Shown piece after piece: positions 35,925-46,334 of a DNA stretch of 64,000 nt. The notes below the pieces were generated by a model. It saw only the letters and a list, made by a program, of their open reading frames with translations, was not told where the DNA came from and searched no databases. The first letter of the stretch is position 1; the number at the start of each line of letters is the position of its first letter. Source of the stretch: Ignavibacteria bacterium RIFCSPLOWO2_12_FULL_56_21 (GTDB lineage Bacteria; Bacteroidota; Ignavibacteria; UBA10030); the NCBI GenBank assembly GCA_001802945.1, contig MHAK01000134.1, forward strand, positions 1,382 through 65,381. The letters run 5' to 3'. Both the position numbers and the translations under genes were made by a program.

Positions 35925-37745
35925 TCAGACCGTGGCTTTCAGATATTCCTGTATGCTTTTCACGGTGAGGCCGCCTGCGAGCTGACGTTCAATGCCTTTG
36001 ACCGCAGTCGCGGCCGCCGAAAGCGTGGTGATGACGGAGACTTTTTGTTCCAGCGCCGCCCAGCCTATCGAATACTCGTCGTACCGGGAATCTTCACCCA
36101 GCGGAGTATTGATGACGAGTTGTATGTCGCCGTTCTTGATAAGGTCGACGACGTTCGGACGGCCCTCGTCCACTTTGAACACATGCTGACTCGTGATGCC
36201 GTGCGAGTCGAGGAACTTCGACGTTCCTTCCGTCGCGACGAGCAAAAACCCGAGCCGCACGAACTCCCGCGCGATCGCCACGGTAATGTCATTCTTGTCG
36301 CTCTTGTTCACGCTGATGAACACGCGCCCCTGCGACGGCAGCGTGTTCCCGGCGCTCATTTGCGATTTGGCGATCGAAGCGCCGAACTCGTCCGAAATGC
36401 CCATGACTTCCCCGGTCGAACGCATTTCCGGTCCGAGAAAAATGGGCGTTCGGGGGAATTTGTTGAACGGAAAGACCGCTTCCTTAATGGAAATGTGCTT
36501 GAGTCTCCGAAAATCGTATGTGTCGAGACCCTGTTGTTTGAGCGTCTTCCCAACCATGACGCGTGCAGCGACCTTCGCTAGCGGTATGCCGGTCGCCTTG
36601 CTGACGAACGGCACTGTCCGCGACGCCCGCGGGTTCACTTCCAGCACGTAAATGACGCCGTCCTTCATGGCAAACTGCACGTTCATCAGCCCGTTGACGT
36701 CGAGCGCCTTCGCCAATTTCACGGTCGTCGCGATCATCTCTTCGAGATTCTTCTGGGAGATCATGTACGGGGGCAGGACGCAGGAGCTGTCCCCTGAATG
36801 GATTCCCGCCTCTTCGATATGCTCCATAACGCCGCCGATCATGACGTCGACTCCGTCGCTCACGCAATCGACGTCGTATTCGAACGCATCCTCGAGGAAC
36901 CTGTCGATCAGGACCGGATGTTCCGGCGACACGTCGACCGCCTTTTTCATATACTCGCGGACGGCGTCGTTCGTGTAGCAGATCTCCATCGCCCGGCCCC
37001 CCAGGACATATGACGGCCGTACAAGCACGGGAAATCCGATCTCCTCCGCAACCAGTTCCGCCTGATGAACGGAGAATGCTGTCCCGTATTTTGGATGCGC
37101 GATCTTGAGCTTCCTCAGCAGAGCGCCGAATCGCTCCCGGTCTTCCGCAAGATCGATCCCTTCCGGAGACGTTCCCAGGATCCGGACGCCGTGCGCCTCG
37201 AGCCCCTTTGCGATCTTCAGCGGTGTTTGCCCTCCGAAACTCACGATCACGCCGTACGGCTGCTCATGGTCGCAAATGTTGAGCACGTCCTCCAGCGTCA
37301 GCGGCTCAAAGTACAGCTTGTCCGTCGTATCGTAATCCGTCGAGACCGTCTCCGGATTGCAGTTGATCATGATCGTCTCAATCCCCTCCTGCTCCAGCGC
37401 AAAGACGCCGTGAACGCAGCAGTAATCGAACTCGATCCCCTGTCCGATGCGGTTCGGTCCACCCCCGAGAATGATGACCTTCTTCCGGTCGGAGCGGACG
37501 GATTCGTTCTCTTCGTCGTACGTCGAGTAATGATACGGCGTGTGCGCCTCGAACTCAGCAGCGCAGGTGTCGACGGTCTTGAACGACGGACGAACGCCGA
37601 GCTTCATGCGCAATGCGCGCACGGCCTTTTCCGTCGACCCCCAGATCGTAGCCAGCTGGCGGTCAGAGAACCCGAATTGTTTGGCTTTGAGGAGGATCTC
37701 GCGCGTGACCGGCCGCGGCCCTTTCCCCTGGTCAGTGACTGCCAT
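35925..37745 (-). CDS. carB: carbamoyl-phosphate synthase large subunit, C-terminal half (second ATP-grasp + MGS-like domain)
   Basis: 606 aa. Starts in the oligomerisation domain (LLKAKQFGFSDRQLA..FKTVDTCAAEF), then GGGPNRIGQGIEFDYCCVHG, a second ATP-grasp and an MGS-like C-terminus. Confidence 0.93.
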   Translation of the reverse strand: MAVTDQGKGPRPVTREILLKAKQFGFSDRQLATIWGSTEKAVRALRMKLGVRPSFKTVDTCAAEFEAHTPYHYSTYDEENESVRSDRKKVIILGGGPNRIGQGIEFDYCCVHGVFALEQEGIETIMINCNPETVSTDYDTTDKLYFEPLTLEDVLNICDHEQPYGVIVSFGGQTPLKIAKGLEAHGVRILGTSPEGIDLAEDRERFGALLRKLKIAHPKYGTAFSVHQAELVAEEIGFPVLVRPSYVLGGRAMEICYTNDAVREYMKKAVDVSPEHPVLIDRFLEDAFEYDVDCVSDGVDVMIGGVMEHIEEAGIHSGDSSCVLPPYMISQKNLEEMIATTVKLAKALDVNGLMNVQFAMKDGVIYVLEVNPRASRTVPFVSKATGIPLAKVAARVMVGKTLKQQGLDTYDFRRLKHISIKEAVFPFNKFPRTPIFLGPEMRSTGEVMGISDEFGASIAKSQMSAGNTLPSQGRVFISVNKSDKNDITVAIAREFVRLGFLLVATEGTSKFLDSHGITSQHVFKVDEGRPNVVDLIKNGDIQLVINTPLGEDSRYDEYSIGWAALEQKVSVITTLSAAATAVKGIERQLAGGLTVKSIQEYLKATV

Positions 37746-38247
37746 GAACTCCCCGCAACACGCCGTAGGCGGCGTTCTGTTCCTGCCGCAGGACCTGTTT
37801 CATTCGAAGATGTGCCTGAAGATGGACAAATCGAAGCTCGGCCCGGAGCTTGCCGATCCGCTGAAGCTTCGCACGGAGTTCCTTTTCCTGCACTTTTCCG
37901 GCGGCAAGATATCCTTCAAGCTCTTCCTCAGCCTCTACGATCTGTTCCCCTTTTGCGATTGCCGAGACCTTCACTCCTTCGACAAGCTCTTCCGTCCGCT
38001 TCGCTTGATCTCTCGAAAGGCGTAACGAATCTTTGAGCTCCAAAACGTGTTTGGGACCGGGAAAACCGTTTCTCTCGGCGGGAGCGGCCAGTCCCATTCC
38101 TTCACCCGCAAGCAATCCCCCCCGATCAGTGGGAATGGTCGGCTGTGCCGAAGCGGCGGTGACAAGCGCCAGCAAACATACAACAAGCATTTGCGCTGCC
38201 AGCCATTTCGTTTGCATGATCTTCATCTGCCCCATATGACGTTTCAC
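37732..38247 (-). CDS. Spy/CpxP/ZraP-like periplasmic protein (hypothetical), located between the two carB halves
   Basis: The ORF has a good signal peptide from M at 38226 (MKIMQTKWLAAQMLVVCLLALVTAASAQP). The mature part is helical and Glu/Lys/Arg/Leu-rich (LKDSLRLSRDQAKRTEELVEG..ELRAKLQRIGKLRAELRFVHLQAHLRMKQVL). Its stop overlaps the carB-C start by 14 nt. Confidence 0.55.
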   Translation of the reverse strand: MKRHMGQMKIMQTKWLAAQMLVVCLLALVTAASAQPTIPTDRGGLLAGEGMGLAAPAERNGFPGPKHVLELKDSLRLSRDQAKRTEELVEGVKVSAIAKGEQIVEAEEELEGYLAAGKVQEKELRAKLQRIGKLRAELRFVHLQAHLRMKQVLRQEQNAAYGVLRGVHGSH

Positions 38248-38283
38248 ATTTCACCTTTCACCCTTCATATCTCACGTCTCAAG
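38242..38283. repeat. heptanucleotide array (TTTCACn x3, then degenerate CTTCATA TCTCACG TCTCAAG)
   Basis: tttcaca tttcacc tttcacc cttcata tctcacg tctcaag, directly upstream (minus sense) of the Spy-like ORF. Confidence 0.85.
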
Positions 38284-38307
38284 CAGGCTGCGGAAAAAAG
38301 AAAATTC

Positions 38308-38380
38308 AACCGCGAATGAACGCGAATAGACGCTAATTTACCCAAATACTATTCGCGTTCATTAGCGTTTATTCGCGGTT
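38308..38380. repeat. inverted pair of 3 x 10-nt tandem units; hairpin/terminator after the carB N-terminal-half gene
   Basis: Left arm aaccgcgaat gaacgcgaat agacgctaat (38308-38337). Right arm attcgcgttc attagcgttt attcgcggtt (38351-38380). The outer 10-mers are perfectly complementary. Confidence 0.85.
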
Positions 38381-38425
38381 TTATATTCTCCGAGACATCT
38401 CACTTCATAGATTTTTCGAAACCTG

Positions 38426-39898
38426 TTAGACATGGAACGAATACAGCTCATTCTCCACATCGACGATCTGCTGCAGGTTATACAGGAACCACGGGTCGAT
38501 CTTCGTGATCTGATGGATCTCATCGATACCGACGTCCATCTGCAGAGCGTACCGAACATAGAAGATATTGTCCGGCTTCGGCATTTTGAGCCGGTCGAGT
38601 ACCCGCTTCCGCAATGCGGGCAGCTTATCCTCAGGCAACTTCCGGACGTTGAAAACGTCCTTTCCGTCGGATCCCAGCCCGAACCGGCCTTGTTCGAGCG
38701 AGCGAAGCGCCTTTTGGAACGCTTCCTTGAATGTGCGTCCGATGGCCATTGCTTCGCCGACCGATTTCATTTGCACGCCAAGCGTATCGTCGACCCCTTT
38801 GAATTTTTCGAAATCCCAACGCGGAATCTTCACGACGCAATAGTCGATCGTCGGCTCGAACGATGCGGGGGTAAGTTTTGTGATATCGTTTGGGATCTCG
38901 TCGAGCGTGTACCCCACGGCAAGCTTCGCGGCGATCTTTGCGATCGGAAATCCGGTCGCCTTGGACGCCAGGGCGGATGAGCGCGAGACACGCGGGTTCA
39001 TTTCGATGACGATGAGCCGGCCGTCCTTCGGGTTGACGGCGAACTGGATGTTTGAGCCTCCCGTTTCGACTCCGATCTCGCGAATGATCCTGATCGCCGC
39101 GTCGCGCATCGTCTGATATTCTTTGTCCGTCAGCGTCTGCGCGGGGGCGACGGTGATCGAATCGCCAGTGTGGACTCCCATCGGGTCGAAGTTTTCGATC
39201 GAGCAGATGATCACGACGTTGTCCTTCAGGTCGCGCATCACCTCCAGTTCGTATTCCTTCCACCCGATGACCGATTCCTCGACGAGGATCTGGCTGATGG
39301 GGCTTGCGGTCAATCCGTGCTGGGCTTTTTCGCGAAACTCCTGGATGTTGTATGCGGTGCCGCCGCCTGTGCCGCCGAGAGTGAAGGAAGGACGAATGAT
39401 GAGCGGGAAACCGATCTGCTCCGCAAAGCGCATGGCTTCGTCGAGGGTATTGACGAAGCCTCCGCGCGCGCATTGAAGTCCGATCCGATCCATCGCACGT
39501 TTGAAGAGCTCCCGGTCTTCCGCCATCTTGATCGCGCCAAGCTTTGCGCCAATCAACTCAACGCCATGGCGATCGAGCGCGCCGGATTCCGCGAGCGCAA
39601 CGGCGACATTCAGCGCGGTCTGTCCACCCATCGTAGGCAAAATAACGTCGGGCTTTTCCCGTTCGATGATCTTCTCGACAAATTCAGGAGTGATGGGCTC
39701 GATGTACGTTGCGTCTGCGAGCTCGGGATCCGTCATGATCGTGGCGGGATTACTGTTCACCAGGATGATACGGTATCCCTCCTGGCGCAGCACCTTGCAG
39801 GCTTGCGTACCGGAGTAATCAAATTCACAGGCCTGGCCGATGACGATCGGTCCAGACCCGATGATGAGAATGGAAGAGATGTCAGTGCGCTTGGGCAA
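38426..39898 (-). CDS. carB: carbamoyl-phosphate synthase large subunit, N-terminal half (first ATP-grasp)
   Basis: 490 aa. Starts [42 protein letters not shown] and ends within the oligomerisation domain right after [20 protein letters not shown]. Confidence 0.93.
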   Translation of the reverse strand: MPKRTDISSILIIGSGPIVIGQACEFDYSGTQACKVLRQEGYRIILVNSNPATIMTDPELADATYIEPITPEFVEKIIEREKPDVILPTMGGQTALNVAVALAESGALDRHGVELIGAKLGAIKMAEDRELFKRAMDRIGLQCARGGFVNTLDEAMRFAEQIGFPLIIRPSFTLGGTGGGTAYNIQEFREKAQHGLTASPISQILVEESVIGWKEYELEVMRDLKDNVVIICSIENFDPMGVHTGDSITVAPAQTLTDKEYQTMRDAAIRIIREIGVETGGSNIQFAVNPKDGRLIVIEMNPRVSRSSALASKATGFPIAKIAAKLAVGYTLDEIPNDITKLTPASFEPTIDYCVVKIPRWDFEKFKGVDDTLGVQMKSVGEAMAIGRTFKEAFQKALRSLEQGRFGLGSDGKDVFNVRKLPEDKLPALRKRVLDRLKMPKPDNIFYVRYALQMDVGIDEIHQITKIDPWFLYNLQQIVDVENELYSFHV

Positions 39899-40035
39899 TT
39901 CTGAGCGGAAGTGTGTGTGAAACTGAACTTCAAGAATGCGTGAGCATTCTTGATGGCATAAAAAAGCGGCGAGCCGCTGTCGATGGGCTTGCCGCTGCGC
40001 GATGCGACCCCGATAATATACGAAAAGATCGCTGT

Positions 40036-40063
40036 TTTCACATCGTACTTTTCACATTTCACA
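40036..40063. repeat. TTTCACA word repeats upstream of carB N-half
   Basis: tttcaca (40036-40042) and tttcacatttcac (40050-40062). The latter 13-mer is identical to 38242-38254. Confidence 0.75.
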
Positions 40064-40065
40064 TC

Positions 40066-40989
40066 TTACTTTTTGCCCGCTTCATGGCCTTCGCCGTCGA
40101 GCATCGGGAACGAGTGAAGGATCCCCGGCAGCAGCGCGTCCAGGCTCTCCTCCACTCCCCGCAGAGAACCGGGGAGGTTTACAATCAGCGTCCGTCCACG
40201 AACCCCGGCGAGTGATCGGGAAAGCATGGCCGTCGACGTTCGGCTTTGGCCGTAGGATCGGAGCGCTTCGCCGATGCCCGGGACCTCACGCTCGATCACG
40301 GCGCGGGTGGCTTCCGGGGCGCGGTCGCGCGGGCCCAGGCCCGTACCTCCCGTCGTCAGGACAAGGTCGAGATGTTGAACATCGGAGCACTCGCGGAGCG
40401 CATCGACGATCTCCGGTTCATCGTCCGGCAGAATCCGGTAGAACGGGACTTCCACCCCCATCTCCTGCAGGCGTTGCGTGATCTTCTTTCCGGATTCGTC
40501 CCGCCGAGTCCCGGCAGACGTCGAATCCGACAATACGAGAACGCCGGCGCGAACCTTGCGCTGTCCGGCCGGGCGCAGGTCCGATTTCCCGCCCCGTTTT
40601 TCGAGAAGTTGGATGCCGACGATCTCCATGGTGTCGTCCACCATCTTCGCCATGTCGTAGATCGTCAGAGCGGCAACGGAGGCCGCCGTAAGCGCTTCCA
40701 TTTCAACGCCTGTCTTGTGAACGGCGGTCACTGAGGTCGTGATCTCAACCGTGTCGCGGTGACATTCCACCGTGCACTCGGCGTATTCGACGGCAACAGG
40801 ATGACAATATGGTATGATGACGCTCGTCTGCTTCGCGGCCTGAATGGCAGCGACGCGTGCGACGGGAACCGGGTCCCCCTTGGGGAGCCGGCCATCCTTG
40901 ATGAGTGCGACAGTGGTGGGACGGGCTTTCAGAACTGCGCGGGCCCGTGCTGTACGAAGAGAGGTTGTCTTCTTCGATACATCACGCAT
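40066..40989 (-). CDS. moaC: bifunctional molybdenum cofactor biosynthesis protein MoaC / MoaB(MogA)-like
   Basis: 307 aa. The N-terminal half is MoaC-like (IPYCHPVAVEYAECTV..TGVEMEALTAASVAALTIYDMAK). The C-terminal half is MoaB/MogA-like (AGVLVLSDS..LVLTTGGTGLGPRDRAPEAT). Confidence 0.9.
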   Translation of the reverse strand: MRDVSKKTTSLRTARARAVLKARPTTVALIKDGRLPKGDPVPVARVAAIQAAKQTSVIIPYCHPVAVEYAECTVECHRDTVEITTSVTAVHKTGVEMEALTAASVAALTIYDMAKMVDDTMEIVGIQLLEKRGGKSDLRPAGQRKVRAGVLVLSDSTSAGTRRDESGKKITQRLQEMGVEVPFYRILPDDEPEIVDALRECSDVQHLDLVLTTGGTGLGPRDRAPEATRAVIEREVPGIGEALRSYGQSRTSTAMLSRSLAGVRGRTLIVNLPGSLRGVEESLDALLPGILHSFPMLDGEGHEAGKK

Positions 40990-40992
40990 GGT

Positions 40993-41409
40993 TCAGGATC
41001 TCAGCGCCGAGGCGATGGTGTCGAGCAATTCTTCGATATGGAACGGCTTATTCACGACGCCGTTCGCGCCGTTCTTCAGCATGGAGAGCACGACCTCGTC
41101 CTGCGAAAAGCCTGTGGCGATGAGCACTTTCACTCCATTGGAGATCTTCCGGAGGGCTTCGAAGGTTCTCTTGCCGTCCATTTCCGGCATGAGCATGTCA
41201 AGGATGATAAGGTCGATGTTCGAGGACTGTTTCTTGAAGATGTCGACGGCTTCGCGCCCGTTGACCGCCGTCAGGACTTTGTAACCTTCACCGGCGACTA
41301 CTTCGGTCATCAGGTCGCGGATGATGTCCTCGTCGTCGACAATCAGAATCGTTTTTCTCGTTGACTGGCTTGTTTTCATCGATTCATGAGAAGGAACACG
41401 AGAGAGCAT
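40993..41409 (-). CDS. stand-alone response regulator receiver (CheY-like)
   Basis: ILIVDDEDIIRDL..DLIILDMLMPEMDG..KVLIATGF. No output domain. The start may be M at MKTSQS. Confidence 0.85.
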   Translation of the reverse strand: MLSRVPSHESMKTSQSTRKTILIVDDEDIIRDLMTEVVAGEGYKVLTAVNGREAVDIFKKQSSNIDLIILDMLMPEMDGKRTFEALRKISNGVKVLIATGFSQDEVVLSMLKNGANGVVNKPFHIEELLDTIASALRS

Positions 41410-41550
41410 TGCCCACGGAGAGGAACTTTCTTCCCGCGGAGATTGAGCGGCAGGAGCAGAGTTCGGCTTTTTCCTATGCTCAAAAGATACAAAAATTAAT
41501 CGGCATTATTCGTATATTTTATCTTCAACCTTCGTTACCATCCTTTCGCA

Positions 41551-44472
41551 ATGGCCATGTCCTCGACAAATTCGTACGGCAGCAAATCCTCGATCACCGT
41601 CGGCGGACGACGGATGACGATCTATTCCTTCTCACGACTGGAAGCGGCAGCGGGAGTATCGCTTACCCGACTCCCTATTTCCCTCCGTATTCTGCTGGAG
41701 AACCTCCTTCGCCGGGAGGACGGCAGGGTTGTTCGGAGGGAAGATATTGAAGCCGTTCTTCGCTGGAAAGCCAAGGCGGCTCCGGACGCCGAGATTGCAT
41801 TCATGCCCGCCCGCGTACTTTTGCAGGACTTCACCGGCGTTCCGTGCGTGGTCGACCTTGCGGTCATGCGCGACGCCATGATCGCCGCAGGCGGCGATCC
41901 AAACCGTATCAATCCGCTTCAGCCTGTCGACCTCGTCATCGACCACTCCGTTCAGGTCGACGAATACGGCTCCGACGCAGCGTTTCTCATCAATGCAAAG
42001 CTGGAATCGGACAGGAACAAAGAACGATACGCGTTCCTGCGTTGGGGACAGCAGGCGTTCAAGAACTTCCGTGTGGTGCCCCCGGACACCGGTATCGTCC
42101 ACCAAGTCAATCTCGAATATCTGGCCCACGTGGTTTTCACGGGAGAGCGGAACGGAGAAGTCGTCGCGTATCCGGATACGCTGGTCGGGACCGATTCTCA
42201 TACGACGATGATCAACGGGCTCGGCGTTCTCGGATGGGGCGTCGGGGGAATCGAGGCGGAAGCGGCCATGCTCGGCCAGCCGATTTCGATGTTGCTGCCG
42301 CAGGTTGTCGGGTTCAAGTTGCATGGAAAGCTGCGACCGGGGGCGACCGCAACGGACCTGGTGCTGACCGTGACACAGATGCTGCGGAATAAGGGAGTCG
42401 TCGGAAAATTCGTGGAGTTCTACGGTTCGGGTCTGTCCGGACTTCCCATCGCAGACAGAGCCACAATCGCGAACATGGCGCCGGAGTACGGCGCGACGAT
42501 GGGCTTCTTCCCCGTCGACGCACAGACGATCGAGTATCTGCGATTCACGGGACGCGACCCCCAGACGATCGCGCTCGTGGAGGCGTACTGCAAAGACCAG
42601 GGGATCTTCCACACTGACACGACGCCCGAACCTGAATTCTCCGACACGCTGGAGCTGAACCTCGATTCCGTCGAGCCAAGTCTTGCCGGGCCGAAGCGGC
42701 CGCAGGACCGCGTGCCGCTTTCGGTTTCCAAGCCGTCGTACCGCAAGGCGCTCGTCGACATGCTCTCCACAAGAGGTGCACAGATCGACAAGGAAGCGGC
42801 GGCGAAGTGGACGAATTCGAAGAACGGCTCTTCCGACCCAACTGTCGCAGCTTCTTTTGTAAAGCGTGTACCTGTTGAGAACAAAGGGGCGTCCTTCGCG
42901 ATCTCTCACGGTTCGGTGGTCATCGCTGCGATCACGTCGTGTACGAACACCTCGAATCCGTCGGTCATGGTCGCCGCCGGGCTGCTGGCAAAGAAGGCTC
43001 GCGCAAAAGGACTCACCACAAAGCCGTGGGTGAAGACGAGTCTGGCGCCCGGGTCCAAGGTCGTCACCGAGTATCTGCTCGAGGCAAAGCTAACGCAGCC
43101 GCTCAACGAGCTTGGGTTCAATCTTGTCGGCTACGGCTGCACGACATGCATCGGGAACAGCGGACCGTTGCCCGAAGCGATCGCGAAAGCGATCACTGAC
43201 AACGACCTGGTGGCGGTTTCTGTGCTGTCGGGGAACCGTAATTTCGAGGGGCGCGTGAATCAGCATGTGCGCGCGAACTACCTTGCCTCACCGCCGCTTG
43301 TCGTTGCGTATGCGCTGACGGGAACCATGGACATCGATATTCATAACGAACCACTCGGCAACGACCAGAAAGGGCAGCCCGTGTATTTGAAGGACGTATG
43401 GCCGACTCCGGATGAGGTTGATGCGACGGTGCGGGCGTGCGTCAAGTCGGAGATGTTCCGCCGCCAGTACGCGAACGTCTTCGACGGAGACGAACAGTGG
43501 AAGTCGCTTCCTGTACCAACAGGCGCTCAGTTCAAGTGGGAAGGGTCGTCGACATACATCAAAGCCGCTCCGTATTTTGAGAAATTGCCGAAGGACCCGA
43601 CGCCGAAGGTGGACATTCGCAACGCGCGCGTGCTTGCGCTCCTGGGGGACTCCGTCACGACGGACCATATTTCCCCTGCCGGATCTATCTCGGAAAAGAG
43701 TCCGGCCGGCAAGTATTTGTTGGACAGAGGAATACAGAAGAAGGATTTCAACTCCTATGGTTCGCGTCGTGGTAATCATGAGGTGATGATGAGGGGAACT
43801 TTCGCGAACATTCGTTTGAGAAACCTTCTTGCCCCCGGCACCGAAGGGGGATGGACGGTACATCCGTCGTCGAAAGAACCTATGTCGATCTTCGACGCGG
43901 CGGAGAAGTATAAGAACGAGAACGTTCCGACGATCATCTTGGCAGGAAAAGAATACGGTTCCGGTTCATCCCGCGACTGGGCGGCGAAGGGTCCGAGACT
44001 ACTGGGCGTTAAGGCGGTGATCGCGGAATCATTCGAGCGTATCCATCGGAGCAATTTGGTGGGAATGGGAGTATTGCCGCTGCAGTATGAAGAGGGACAG
44101 ACTGCGGCGACCCTGGGGTTGAGCGGATTTGAGACGTTTGCGATTGAAGGTGTTTCGCAGGATCTGAAACCGCGGAAGAAGATGAAGGTCACGGCGTCGA
44201 CACCCGACGGAAAGAAGAAGGAATTCAGCGTTGTCTGCCGAATCGATACGCCCAATGAGGTCGACTATTACAGGAATGATGGGATATTGCAGTATGTGTT
44301 TCGGCAGCTGGTGGGCATGGGGCAAGAAAGAGAAGCAAAAGCAAAGAAGGGCAAAGTGACAGCTGCCAAGAAGAAAACTGCCAAGCGGCCAACCGTCAAA
44401 AGACCAACCGCCCATCGACCAACTGCCAAGAAGAAAGCGTCTCGGTTGAAATCAAAGTCGCGGAAGAAGTGA
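41551..44472 (+). CDS. acnA: aconitate hydratase A with a basic C-terminal extension
   Basis: 973 aa. Fe-S ligand blocks [11 protein letters not shown] and [14 protein letters not shown], collinear with AcnA/IRP to ..[14 protein letters not shown], then a 51-aa Lys/Arg-rich tail. Confidence 0.95.
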   Translation: MAMSSTNSYGSKSSITVGGRRMTIYSFSRLEAAAGVSLTRLPISLRILLENLLRREDGRVVRREDIEAVLRWKAKAAPDAEIAFMPARVLLQDFTGVPCVVDLAVMRDAMIAAGGDPNRINPLQPVDLVIDHSVQVDEYGSDAAFLINAKLESDRNKERYAFLRWGQQAFKNFRVVPPDTGIVHQVNLEYLAHVVFTGERNGEVVAYPDTLVGTDSHTTMINGLGVLGWGVGGIEAEAAMLGQPISMLLPQVVGFKLHGKLRPGATATDLVLTVTQMLRNKGVVGKFVEFYGSGLSGLPIADRATIANMAPEYGATMGFFPVDAQTIEYLRFTGRDPQTIALVEAYCKDQGIFHTDTTPEPEFSDTLELNLDSVEPSLAGPKRPQDRVPLSVSKPSYRKALVDMLSTRGAQIDKEAAAKWTNSKNGSSDPTVAASFVKRVPVENKGASFAISHGSVVIAAITSCTNTSNPSVMVAAGLLAKKARAKGLTTKPWVKTSLAPGSKVVTEYLLEAKLTQPLNELGFNLVGYGCTTCIGNSGPLPEAIAKAITDNDLVAVSVLSGNRNFEGRVNQHVRANYLASPPLVVAYALTGTMDIDIHNEPLGNDQKGQPVYLKDVWPTPDEVDATVRACVKSEMFRRQYANVFDGDEQWKSLPVPTGAQFKWEGSSTYIKAAPYFEKLPKDPTPKVDIRNARVLALLGDSVTTDHISPAGSISEKSPAGKYLLDRGIQKKDFNSYGSRRGNHEVMMRGTFANIRLRNLLAPGTEGGWTVHPSSKEPMSIFDAAEKYKNENVPTIILAGKEYGSGSSRDWAAKGPRLLGVKAVIAESFERIHRSNLVGMGVLPLQYEEGQTAATLGLSGFETFAIEGVSQDLKPRKKMKVTASTPDGKKKEFSVVCRIDTPNEVDYYRNDGILQYVFRQLVGMGQEREAKAKKGKVTAAKKKTAKRPTVKRPTAHRPTAKKKASRLKSKSRKK

Positions 44473-44476
44473 GGGA

Positions 44477-45388
44477 ATGAGCGACGTGTCTTCGTGCCCA
44501 CGTGATCGTGGCCATTTGCAGCCGATCATCGCCGGTCGCTCGTGGAAGCGTCTATGTACGCTGTTGTTTTTCGTCCCTCTGCTGCTTTCCGCACAGCCAC
44601 GTGAATCGTTCTTTTTTGTGCAGCTCGCCGATCCGCAATTCGGGATGTATAGGATCGGACGCGATTTCAAGCATGAGAGAGAGCACGTGGCGAAGGCGGT
44701 GCGGGCGATCAATCGGCTCCGCCCCGACTTTGTCGTCATCTGCGGCGACTTGGTGAACAAGGCCGGGAACGAGAAGCAGATCAAGGCGTTCAAGGAGTCG
44801 TTCGCCGCGCTCGATTCGACGATACCGTTGTATCTGGTCGCCGGCAACCACGATGTGGGCAACACGCCGACGATCAAGTCGCTGCAGGCTTATCGAAGGA
44901 CATTCGGCCAGGATTATTATTCATTCGAACATCGAGGCGTCCGGTTCATCGTCCTCAACTCGAGTCTTCTGAAAGGTCCGGGATCCGCTCGCACTGAAGC
45001 GAAGGAGCAGGACGAGTGGTTTCAGTCCCTTCTGCAACCGCATCACACCCCTCGGGACAACGGCAGAACGATCCTTCTTCTTCATCATCCGTTCTTTGTG
45101 AAGAACGCGGAGGAATCGGACAAATACCAGAACATCCCGTCGAAGACGCGGATGGCATACTTACACCTTTTGGATGAAACCGGCGTGAAGAACGTTTTCG
45201 CGGGTCATCTTCACCACAATGCCGGGGGAGTGTACAAGGGTGTCGAAGTGACGGCGTCGGGTCCTGTCGGGCTGCCGTTGGGAACCGATCCTTCTGGTCT
45301 TCGCATCGTCGAGGTGGGCCCGAATGGGCTGCGGCATCGGTACTACTCTTTGGACGACGTGCCCGATTCGCTGGAAGGCTGGAAGTAA
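44477..45388 (+). CDS. metallophosphoesterase (calcineurin-like)
   Basis: 303 aa with signal-like N-terminus, plus VICGDLVNKAGNE, LVAGNHD, LLHHPFF and AGHLHHN. Confidence 0.8.
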   Translation: MSDVSSCPRDRGHLQPIIAGRSWKRLCTLLFFVPLLLSAQPRESFFFVQLADPQFGMYRIGRDFKHEREHVAKAVRAINRLRPDFVVICGDLVNKAGNEKQIKAFKESFAALDSTIPLYLVAGNHDVGNTPTIKSLQAYRRTFGQDYYSFEHRGVRFIVLNSSLLKGPGSARTEAKEQDEWFQSLLQPHHTPRDNGRTILLLHHPFFVKNAEESDKYQNIPSKTRMAYLHLLDETGVKNVFAGHLHHNAGGVYKGVEVTASGPVGLPLGTDPSGLRIVEVGPNGLRHRYYSLDDVPDSLEGWK

Positions 45389-45398
45389 GGAGCTATCG

Positions 45399-45521
45399 AT
45401 GTCCGGGAACCCTGTCCCCTCCATGTTGCGGGCAATTGGCGACACGCCTGTTGTTCGATTGAACAAAGTTGTTCCTACGAAATCCGCCGACGTCTTCGTC
45501 AAGCTCGAATACTTCAATTGA
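45399..45521 (+). pseudogene. cysteine synthase (CysK/CysM family) 5' stub, 40 codons
   Basis: AAGGAG RBS plus ATG 45399. MSGNPVPSMLRAIGDTPVVRLNKVVPTKSADVFVKLEYFN then TGA. This matches the canonical ..IGNTPxVxLN...VxxKLEYxNPGGSVKDR N-terminus but stops exactly before the PLP-lysine loop. Confidence 0.65.
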
Positions 45522-45560
45522 TTTGCAGCAACCACGATCAGATCACCTCGAGGACAACCG

Positions 45561-46286
45561 ATGGCCGATTTTCGAAAGGTACTTTACAGCCGTTACGTGT
45601 CAACGCTGAAAAGCGCTCAGCTTGAGCGCAACATCCAACGTATTCAACAGTTCTTTCGAACGTATAAGCATCGATTCCTTCCTCTTCTTGAGAACACAAG
45701 TCCGGGAGATCGCATACTTGAACTCGGTTGCGGTCCCGGTTATCTACTGGAATTCCTCCGGGATCAAGGGTTCAAGAATATCGAAGGAATAGATATTTCT
45801 GCCGAACAAGTTCAGATCGCTGCGAAGCAAGGACTTCATGTTTCTGTCGCTGATGTCTTCTCTTTCCTCTCCAGAAAGCGCAACGCATACGACCTCATCT
45901 TTGCCATCGACTTTGTTGAACACTTCTCCAAAAGTGAACTGCTCTCCCTGCTGCCTCGCGTTCACAAAGCTCTCAAACACAACGGTCTTTTCATCATTCA
46001 GACCCCGAATGGTCAAGGTCTTTTTCCGGGACAGGTCATCTACGGTGACCTGACTCATCTGACCATTTTTGCAGAAGATTCCCTCCGTCAAATGCTGCGC
46101 ATGACCGGTTTTGAGAATATCCGTTTCAAAGAGACTGACCCTGTCCCCGATTCCTTTGGAGGCAAGGTGAACTCGTTCCTCTGGAAAATCACGCGGGCTG
46201 TCGTCAGAATCGTTCGTCAGATCGAAGCTCACAACTCGTCAAAGCTTTGGACGGAGAATATGATCGCTTGGTGCAGGAAGGCGTAA
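45561..46286 (+). CDS. class I SAM-dependent methyltransferase
   Basis: 241 aa with motif I ILELGCGPGYLLEFL and post-I DISAEQV. Sampled 60-nt blocks are about 45-53% GC, lower than neighbours. Confidence 0.85.
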   Translation: MADFRKVLYSRYVSTLKSAQLERNIQRIQQFFRTYKHRFLPLLENTSPGDRILELGCGPGYLLEFLRDQGFKNIEGIDISAEQVQIAAKQGLHVSVADVFSFLSRKRNAYDLIFAIDFVEHFSKSELLSLLPRVHKALKHNGLFIIQTPNGQGLFPGQVIYGDLTHLTIFAEDSLRQMLRMTGFENIRFKETDPVPDSFGGKVNSFLWKITRAVVRIVRQIEAHNSSKLWTENMIAWCRKA

Positions 46287-46334
46287 TCTGCATCATTGTG
46301 AAAGCTCTTCTGCCTCTTTCGCTGGGTTTATTTT

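Noticed and set aside
37065-38036. 323-aa plus-strand ORF.
   Set aside because: It is antisense to carB-C and the Spy-like gene, and is Arg/Leu/Pro-rich with no motif.
41632-42909. 425-aa minus-strand ORF.
   Set aside because: It is antisense to acnA, whose identity is unambiguous. It is a shadow ORF.
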